Source: Octopus vulgaris (taxonomy: Eukaryota). Taken from it: a DNA stretch of 64,000 nucleotides. The position numbers were made by a program, and so were the translations under genes. The notes under the pieces were generated by a model, which saw nothing but the letters and a program-made list of their open reading frames with translations, was not told the DNA's origin and did no database searches. Below are positions 54,400-64,000 of this stretch, piece by piece (the stretch's first letter is position 1; the number at the start of each line of letters is the position of its first letter). The stretch covers positions 98,332,001 to 98,396,000 of the forward strand of contig OX597820.1 of the NCBI GenBank assembly GCA_951406725.2, written 5' to 3'.

Positions 54400-55599
54400 T
54401 GTAAATGATGTAGATATATACTATTTATTTGTGAATTAAGATTACAATTGTTTTCATGTTAAGAGAAATAGGAAAATATCCTAATAACTTAATTTTTCAA
54501 GACGATTACATGGAGGAATGCTGTTTGTCTCCATTTTGGATAAACATAAAGTCTTTGTGATGATCCAAAATGGATTAGAAATTATGTGCGGAGACACATT
54601 GGGCTGTCACTGAAGTCATGAAATTGTGAATGCATGCGTTTTTCAGTTCTGAGTCGTCAGCTAGAAATACTGAATTCACAATTCACAATCCTAACAGAAC
54701 GATAGTTCTGATATATGAGAACAGCAAACAGTAAATGCGTAAAATTTGGTCAAGCTGGAATTAATTAAACAGAGTTGCATGAAACAACGTGGCATAAATA
54801 ATATGCATGTAAAATCTCATTCGTATATGTTTTCATTCTTCTACTTTTATTATTCAGAAATTCTACTTCGTAATATCATTGTTTCTGTTTCGGTTTTTCA
54901 ATTTTCCTTACATTTATTTTCACTTCCTCTGCACTATAGGGCAGTAGACAAAATGCTACAGTCAGATTTAGATTCTCTTTCTTATAGATAGTGTATTCAA
55001 ATTCCGACGATATAGCATCATAGATATTAATTGCTTGTAACATTAGAAAAGTACTTTGTTTCAATTAATGTTGAAAATAATGAAGAATTAAATTAAATAA
55101 TTAAGTTTAATAAGTTTGTCATTATTAGACTGGTGTTTGAAAATCCAGTCTTATAACGGAAGATATTAATTTTAAGAGCAGGATTTAATTGCGATCAGAT
55201 CAAAGTAAGAGGTTTGCATCATAGAATCAACGGCTCTTTCAATCGGGTTGATATCAAAATGGATGAATTCATAGTTCAAATCATTGCGAAATCTAAACGG
55301 CCTTCTATCCTTCCGCGTTGAGTGCGTGCGCCAAAATAAGGTATCCGTCACATAGTGAATGATAATGTACTTTCACTCGCTTTGTATCAAGATTTAGTAA
55401 TAAAATGCAAAAATTCCATTGGAAACAAATGAGCTATATTTAGAATATTTATTAATAATAAATTAAATCACAGGTTAGATTACAGGTGTCTTTTACATAT
55501 GATTGAAATGTAGGGCGGAGATCTAGAAATTTATATATCCAAGGTGGTGTTTTGGGTGTGGCCTGAAACTCAAACTACTCATGGATATGTGTGTGCCAG

Positions 55600-55645
<46 letters not shown>

Positions 55646-55847
55646 TATATATATATATACACACACATATGTATAACGTCTGTGTTTGTGTGTGTGTGTG
55701 CGTATGTGCGTGCGTGTGCGTTTATGTGTGTATGTACCCAGAAACGAATCGTATCATGTCACTAGACTAAATCCCGAAAGAGTTTAGCGTTACGGTTTGG
55801 ATCATGCATATAAATGACGGATTATTTATATATGTGAACATGCATAC

Positions 55848-55878
<31 letters not shown>

Positions 55879-55912
55879 CACATACATATGTATAAGTGCG
55901 TTTGTATGTATG

Positions 55913-55946
<34 letters not shown>

Positions 55947-56355
55947 TGTATGTATGTATGTATGTATGTATGTATGTATGTATGTATGTATGTATGTATG
56001 TGTGTAACATTTCTTTCTGAGTCAGGTAAGTAGAAAGTATGAAGAAATCCGAAAGTAAATGTAAATAGAGCGTGGGTATTTTGGGGACCAAGGGAATCGT
56101 ATTTATTATAATAGCGCTATTTTTAAAATACTTCTCCAAGATTGCGTTACAAAATACGCGAACAAGAATAAGAACAAGAATAACAACAACAACGTTAAAA
56201 ACGATAATGGTATGATTTCTAAAATAGACACAACCAAAACAAATTACAAGAGAGGAATTTTAGTTGTTTAATTTGATATATCTGGACTTACTGCTAATTA
56301 TATTTTTCGACCTCGGATAGTTGATTTTAAAATGACTATTTTTTCAAAGCTCTAT

Positions 56356-56470
<115 letters not shown>

Positions 56471-56754
56471 CGATGATGATGATGATGATGATGATAGTTT
56501 CAAATTTTGGCATGAGGCCACCAATTTCGGGGGAGGGAATAAGTCGATTTCATCGAACCCTGCACTCAGCAGGTACTTATTTTATCGACCCTGAAAAGAT
56601 GAGAGGTAAAGTTGAAGTCGGCGGAATTTCAACTCAGAATGTAAAGACGGATGAAAAGCCACAAAATATTTTGCCTGGCGTGCTTACGATTCTGCCAAGC
56701 TAGTTGCCTCAACAACAACAATACTAACTCAAACTACCAAATGCCGAAAAAAAA

Positions 56755-57755
56755 TATTATAATGGTGATAAGACAGAGCTGAATGCAAAAAACAAGATCG
56801 AAGCGATCAATGCTTTAGCCATACCAGTCGTGACTTAGAGTTTCAATATCATTAACTGGTCAATTACTGAAATATGTAATCTTGATAGAGAAATACGAAA
56901 ACTGTTAACAATGCATAGAATGCACCACCCTAAGGGAGATATAGAACGACTGTATCTGCCAAGAAAAGAGGGAGGCCATGGACTTTTACAACTGGCATTA
57001 ACGATGAAGATTGCCACAATTGGCCTAGAAACTTGCTTGAAAAATTCTGAGGACTGGATGTTAAAACTTGTCTCAAAACATGAAAACAAGAAAGCATCAT
57101 ACTCAGTAACAAAACAGGCAAAGGAATATCTAAGTGAATTCCAAATACAACAAATTCTGGAATTAGACATACGAGAAACAAGCGCAGAAAAAGCTAAGCG
57201 CATGAAAACCAGTGCTAAAACTGCTGCTTTAGATATTCTAACTGATAAATGGCAAGAAAAACCGCTCAATGGCAAATACTCGAAGAGAGCGAATTATGCC
57301 GATGTTGACAAAGCCTTTACCCATCAATGGCCAATGGCTTCTGACTTAAACTCTGAAATAGAAGGATTTATCATAGCAGCCTAAGATCAATGCCTACCTA
57401 CAAGGAACTACAAGACCGACATATTAAAGAACGGTAGCTTCCCAACATCGTGTATGTCAACAACAAAATGAAAGAATTGATCATGTTGTCTTCAAGTGCA
57501 GTCTTCTTGCACCTATGGAGTATCTCAAAGGGCATGATTGAACTGCACAATATATTCACTGGGTAATTTGCAAAAACTTGGACTTGCCCCATGATAAAAA
57601 CTGGTGGGAACACAACCCACCTCCTATGTGCAAAACCAAATACATAATAACATAGGCATAACACCAACATAAACTTCTAACTTGTTGTCTCTTGAGGTCT
57701 CTGGGTGAGACTTGGAGTCAACTTGTACACATGTAAAGCAAAAGTTAAACATAGA
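56755..57755 (+). mobile_element. Second copy of the same Dong-type family, with internal deletion of the endonuclease region
   Basis: MHHPKGDIERLYLPRKEGGHGL; nearly co-linear with 53157-53735, then jumps at ~57625 to the 3' UTR. Confidence 0.88.
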
Positions 57756-58778
57756 ATAATAAACATAGAATATTATTTTATCGAACTCAAAAGGATGAAT
57801 GGCAAACTTTACCTCAGCGACATTTCAACTCAGATCATAAATACCATTAAAATTCCGCTAAGCATTTTACCCGGCGTGTCATCTTAATAATAGCTTCTGT
57901 TATAGACAAAAGACCCGAATTCTAGATGGAGGTCGCTAGTGAATTACATCGAACCCCCTGTGCTCAACTGGCACCTATTTTGTTGGCCCCGAAACTGTGC
58001 TCAGAATATTAAAGCCACAAGAAATGTTGTGGTGTGCTAACTCGCCATCTTAATAATTATTTCTAACTTTGTCAATTTTGGGAGAAGGAAGCCGTTCGAT
58101 TACATTGGCACCAGTACTTGATGATACTTTATTCGTTTATCGATCGCAAAAGAATGACGGGTGAAGCTGGTCCTGATAGGTTGTGAAATTAAATTGTAAA
58201 GGGACGGTAGGAATGACGCGAGATATTTTTACACGATGCGCTAACGATTCAACCAGGTCAGCAATTTAACAACAACAACAATAACAATAATAATAATATT
58301 TTGATTTTTTTTTTCCTTTTTTCCTTTTACCATTTTTCTTTCTGTTTTACCATATTTCTTTTCCTTTTATTCTTTTTCTTTTTTCTTTCACATAATTTGG
58401 GTTTGTAAATGAACAATCTGGTGCATTTATTTTAATAGCCTTTCAGTGTATTCAGAGAAGTTTTTTGTTCTAGATATCAAGAAGACACTCGGCAAGAAAT
58501 GGAAACAAAATTGAAAAAAGAAGAAAAACTCATAATGATAATATTAATTGCTTGAAATTTTGAGGCCAGTAATTTTAATGGGGAAAGGATAGTCGCTTAC
58601 ATCGACCCCCAGTACTTGACCAGTACTTTATTTTATCGGCCCCGAAAGCAAAAAACGGTAGGGATTTACACTGAAGATATTAACGACTGAAAGAAATACC
58701 ACGTAGGCTTTTTTGTCTGACGCTTTAATAACTAAGTCAGCTCGCAGCCTTAATATTAATATTTCCTCCTACTGGAAT

Positions 58779-59148
58779 GGAGGCACTCCGTCGGTTACGA
58801 CGATGAGGGTTCCGGTTGATCCGAATCAACGGAACAACCTGCTCGTGAAATTAACGTGTAAGTGGCTGAGCACTCCACAGACACGTGCACCCTTAACGTA
58901 GTTCTCGGGGATATTCAGCGTGACACAGAGAGTGACAAGGCCGGCCCCTTGAAATACAGGTACAACAGAAACAGGAAGTAAGAGTGAGAGAAAGTTGTGG
59001 TGAAAGAGTACAGCAGGGATCACCACCATCCCCTGCCGGAGCCTCGTGGAGCTTTAGGTGTTTTCGCTCAATAAACACTCACAACGCCCGGTCTGAAAAT
59101 CGAAACCGCGAGTCCGCTGCCCTAACCACTGGGCCATTGCGCCTCCAC
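58779..59148 (-). mobile_element. SINE family C1
   Basis: Near-identical to 44603-44984; flanked by tttcctcctact / tttcttcctact. Confidence 0.9.
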
Positions 59149-59820
59149 TTTCTTCCTACTACAGGCATAACGACTGAAATTTTGGTGGAGAGAGGGTCTT
59201 GTCGATTTTCTCGATTCCATTGCTCGACTGGAATTTATTTCATCGACCTCCAAAGGATGAAAGGTGAAGTTGAACTCGATAGAATTAGAACTTATGTAAT
59301 AATATTAATAACTGCTTCAACTTTTGGCACGAGGCCAGAAATTCTGAGGATGGTGGGCTGATGGATACTACCGACCTCAATATTTGACCGTTAGTTTATC
59401 TTACCAATCTCCGAAGAAGTAAAGGCAAAATCGATTATTTCTTTTAATTAGTAATATATTTTTCCTGTTGATATTTATAATGATAAGCATAATTTATTCC
59501 AGAAGAATCAAGGGAAGCGCCATTATCACCGGTAAATAAAAATATTACCTCACACTCTCTAAATTCTGCCAATTATCAAGTTTTAAAAAAACACGTATAT
59601 ATAGTTGTTTTGAATTATTTTTTCCTGTTTACATCCCCAAACCTAATGATATTAATACAATTAATTTTTGTACCTCGAACATCATAAGTGCTTTGTACAT
59701 GATGATGAGGATGATGATGATGATGATAGTTATGGTGATATGGCGGAGAAACGACTTCATACTGAAGAAATAAACATAAAATAATGAAATAAAATATGAT
59801 AAATATATTTTGCTTTACAG

Positions 59821-59899
59821 TATAGTCTTAGGAACAGAGACACAATCTATCACTTTCTCAGAACCTTTTCGGATGCCTGGAGGCCTTTGTGAAGTTTAA
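59821..59899 (+). CDS. Candidate terminal coding exon of an unidentified host gene (IVLGTETQSITFSEPFRMPGGLCEV*)
   Basis: Good acceptor ttttgctttacag, non-repetitive open frame, then unique AT-rich sequence resembling a 3' UTR. No homology evidence. Confidence 0.3.
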
Positions 59900-60530
59900 T
59901 GGTGTGAAGGCAAAACATGATTCAGAACTATGATCAATGTGCTGTGTTTGTTATTATCAGCTTTACAAATAATATACTTCTAATAAAGGAATTTCGATAG
60001 TATACAAACTTTTTCATCATGATCACCTCTAAGGATGTTGGAGCATTAGTACACTCCTTCCCATGCATTAATCTTGTATTTCAACTAAATAAAAAGCAGC
60101 GACAATGACTTGAACTTAAAAACGAAAACGACATCAAGTAGATTAAAAACATATTTATCCTTTCGATGAAAGAGAATGAAGACTCAGTAAACAAAGTGAT
60201 GAGATTCAGAAAACCAGCAGTCATTCGCGAAAGTTAACTAAGGTTTGTATTGAGATTTAAAGAGAAGAAAACTCTAAACAATTGGAATGGAACTTTTGCA
60301 CAAACATAGTAAAAAAATTCAACATTCAATTTTAGTTTTAAGAAAACATGGGAATGAAATTACATTCAAAGCATACACTGTAAACAAAGATACAAATGTT
60401 TTACTTAGTTTTTATTTTTATTTGTTAGTATAAGTTACCATCACAGACTAATGATGATTATGCTGAGCTGAATTACAAAAAAAAAATATATATATATATA
60501 TAAATATATATATATAAAAATATATATATA

Positions 60531-60681
60531 GGCGCAGGAGTGGCTGTGTGGTAAGTAGCTTGTTTACCAACCACATGGTTCCGGGTTCAATCTCCTTGGG
60601 CAAGTGTCTTCTACTATAGCCTCGGACCGACCAAAGCCTTGTGAGTGGATTTGGTAGACAGAAACTGAAAAGAAGCCCGTC

Positions 60682-60734
<53 letters not shown>

Positions 60735-60960
60735 TGTGTGTGTTTGTGTGTCTGTGTTTGTCCCCCTAGCATTGCTTGAAAACCGATGCTGGTGTGTTTA
60801 TGTCCCCGTTACTTAGCGGTTAGGCAAAAGAGACCGATAGAATAAGTACTGGGCTTACAAAAAGAATAAGTCCCGGGGTCGAGTTGCTCGATTAAAGGCG
60901 GTGCTCCAGCATGGCCGCAGTCAAATGACTGAAACAAGTAAAAGAGTAAAAGAGAAAGAG
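60531..60960 (+). mobile_element. SINE family A, full length
   Basis: Co-linear with 24221-24660. Confidence 0.9.
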
Positions 60961-61380
60961 TATATACATATGCAATGTGTGTCATACAGCAGTATGAGAA
61001 ATGTGAATGTTGGCTTGAAAAATTCATTCAAAACTTCATGAAATAACTAGATGGGTAAAACCAATGCATATCAAAACTGAAAGAAAGTGATATATTGCTA
61101 CTCAAAACATTCGTATTATTAACACAAGTTTCTTTAAAATGTCTGTCTGTTATTCATTTTAATACATGCGCTGGGGGAACATGTATATAGAGTGTACCTT
61201 ATTCCAAGATTACTTATAGAGCAAGCCTTTACTAAGGTATCTTTCGTATATAAAGCATAAAACACTGACTGACAAATATAGACAATGTAAAAACTACGCA
61301 AGTGAGAGTAGAAACTTGCAACCCACATAACCTCTAGCAGGAATAAAAACAAACCTGAATCATTTCTAATAATAATTATT

Positions 61381-63138
61381 ATTTCAATTGTAGTTTTCAC
61401 TTCTACAGTCAGTATTCTGTTAGATTCTAATACTCCTTGATACTTATAAGTCTCTCCTCCTTTCAATGATTTTAATGTCTGGCCATCTAGTAATTGGATG
61501 CCTTCACTGGTGACTACCTGTCCCCTTTTCATGGCTAACATTGCACAATTATCTATGCCAAATTTCATGCCTGTATCTTTACTGAAGAGTTTTAAGTATG
61601 TATTAAGGAATCTGTCTCTTTTATTATTACTAAAACGCTTCAGATCATCCATTTAGAGCAAACGGTTAATTTTTTCCTTTAGTATTTCTGAAATGATACC
61701 CTGCCTTTGCCTTCCTTAATACTAAACTGAGGTCGGGGTGGGGGTGGGTGGGTAAAAATACGACAAATATTAAAGTCTCCTTGGAAAAATTCCTCTCTTG
61801 ATATTAACGTTCCCAAAGACTGTGTCACCTGAGTAGAGATCTCGTTTCCATTTCTTCATGCTAAAATGCTAATTAATTTTCTACAATTGAAAGTACATCG
61901 GAAGGGTGAAGAAGCTAATGAAATGAAAGCTCAATGGTCCGAATCTAATGAAGGCTGTAAATACTTGGGCAGTATCGCTTGTTATATACTCAGAAGCTTT
62001 TGTAAATTGGACAAAAACTGAATTAGCAAAGCTAGACAGAAGAACTAGGAACGAATTCAATATGAATGGATGACTCCACTCAAGGGCAGGAGTAGCAGGA
62101 TTATACCTACCTTGAAAGGTAGGCGGAGGATGGTTAATATCAGCAGAAGACAGCGTGAAGTTAGCTAGAATAGATATAGACTCCTATGTAGGTAATAGAG
62201 GAGGAAGTTTTATAAAAGCTGCTAGAGTCACAGCAAAACAATGGGAAACCAGAAACACCTAACGAACTTAAAAACCAGGAAAAGGGACAGAAATTATCTG
62301 ACTGGCAGGAGAAGGCGTTGCATGGTAGATTCCCGAAGATAGTTGCATCAAATAGTAGTAGTGATACATGGTTATGGCTGCAGAAGGGAAAGCTGAAGAG
62401 GGAGACAGAAAGCTTGTTATAAGCAACACAAGATCAAGCATTAAGGTCTAATTGGATAAAAGCCGAGGTAGACAAAAACCCAGTAGATTCCCAGTGTAGA
62501 ATATGCAAATCAAAAGAGGAAAACGCTACTCATATAGTAAGTGAATATAGCATGCTGGCACAGAAAGAATATAAGAAAATACATGGCAACCTAGGGAGAG
62601 TTGGAGTTATGTAGAAAGCTAGGATTTAAGCATTCTGATAAATGGTATGAACATGAACCTAGAAAATACGAAAATACGAAATGTCGTGGTACATTAATAT
62701 TCAAAGTGATAGAGTAACAGAAGCTAGAAGGCCTGGTTTAGTAGTAGTATACATAGAGAATACAAAGTGCCAAATAATTGACTTTACAGTCCCAAATGAT
62801 GAAGAAATTAATATGAGAGGTTTAGAAAAAATAGCAAAGTACCAGGACCTAGCCATTGAATTACAGAGACTGTGGAAAGTGCGGATATAATGTATTCCAG
62901 TAGTTATAGATGCATTGGGAATTATACCTAAAGATCTGAACAGGTGGATAGAGGAAATAGGTATAAAACTCAGTTCAGTGCAGCTCAAGAAAATAGTGTT
63001 ATTCGGAACAGCTATGATACTTAGGTGGATTCTAGGCATCGAAGGTTACTTGCAGTAACCCAATAGGAGGGTTTTGGGTTTCTAAGTCTATGTGTTGTAG
63101 CCCGATGTTAGGTTTCTTTTGTAATCTGTTGAGTGTAT

Positions 63139-63140
<2 letters not shown>
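61381..63140 (+). mobile_element. Decayed R4/Dong-type LINE with inverted 5' segment and (GAT)n(AAT)n tail
   Basis: Minus 61865->61381: MDDLK...GMKFGIDNCA...YKYQGVLES (RT); plus 61881->63050: AVNTWAVS...LYLP...CRICK...KYQDLAIELQRLW. Confidence 0.85.
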
Positions 63141-63212
<72 letters not shown>

Positions 63213-63213
63213 A

Positions 63214-63314
<101 letters not shown>

Positions 63315-63437
63315 TTGTGGACAAAATAAGTGCAGAATTTGTGGACAAAGTAAGTGCAGAATTTGTCGAGAAAATGGTGAAACCGTATGGCATAAGTGCA
63401 AAATTGACAGTATAGCAATTCGCTTTATGAATAGAAG

Positions 63438-63483
63438 GTCTTACAGCTGTTTCCAGGATATTTATTATCCCTTCATCGGAGAC
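63438..63483 (-). ncRNA. Variant minimal hammerhead motif (CCGATGA core)
   Basis: Minus: gtct-CCGATGA-agggata ataaa tatcctg-GAAAC-agct-GTA-agac; palindromic stem III acagctgt. Confidence 0.65.
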
Positions 63484-63832
63484 AGTGTGAGAAGATGGTT
63501 ATGCAATAGTTAGTAAATTTAGATAAGATATGAAATAGAGAGTGAAGTGGAGGAATGAAAATAGATGTGAGATATGCAGGGATATTGCATTTGTAGATCC
63601 ATTATTTAGGCAGAATGGTATACATATAAGATTCCAATACCTTGTGAGTAAATTCCAATAGTATTTAAAATTGGTCTTTCCAAGTTTTGAGTTTGTATAC
63701 AGTGCAATCGAATCGAGGGTTTTATTTAAGGTGACCTAAAAGTAGGGAATGTATTTGTATGGTCTATCCATAGCACTTACTCAGCATTACCTGACACCTT
63801 TGGGTCTTATTGACACCATTACCTCTCATAAC

Positions 63833-64000
<168 letters not shown>

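Noticed and set aside
63315-63395. 24-bp tandem duplication encoding KCRIC
   Set aside because: A tiny zinc-knuckle fragment of another RLE LINE next to (AAT)n, not a separate gene.

Overview
AT-rich, microsatellite-saturated eukaryotic DNA, most likely an octopus genome (inferred from the SINE families), with a 100-N scaffold gap at 38117-38216. Nearly all listed ORFs are translations of simple repeats. Real content: several R4/Dong-type (RLE-endonuclease) non-LTR retrotransposon copies in (TAA)n, CR1-group LINE ends, mariner remnants, several tRNA-derived SINE families, MITE/foldback pieces, and Penelope-type minimal hammerhead ribozyme motifs. No host gene is securely identified; one weak terminal-exon candidate lies at 59821-59899. 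The most unusual signal is a 27-bp repeat (consensus ATACCAAGTATACTCATCTACAATCTG) present as nine short, co-oriented blocks (1-147 and eight between 21182 and 34864). These blocks separate unrelated 0.8-3 kb segments, keep a 6-unit higher-order order, and vary as if constrained by a minus-strand 9-aa frame (QIVDEYTWY). Second is a ~555-bp non-coding element that behaves like a non-autonomous partner of the TAA-targeting Dong-like LINEs.
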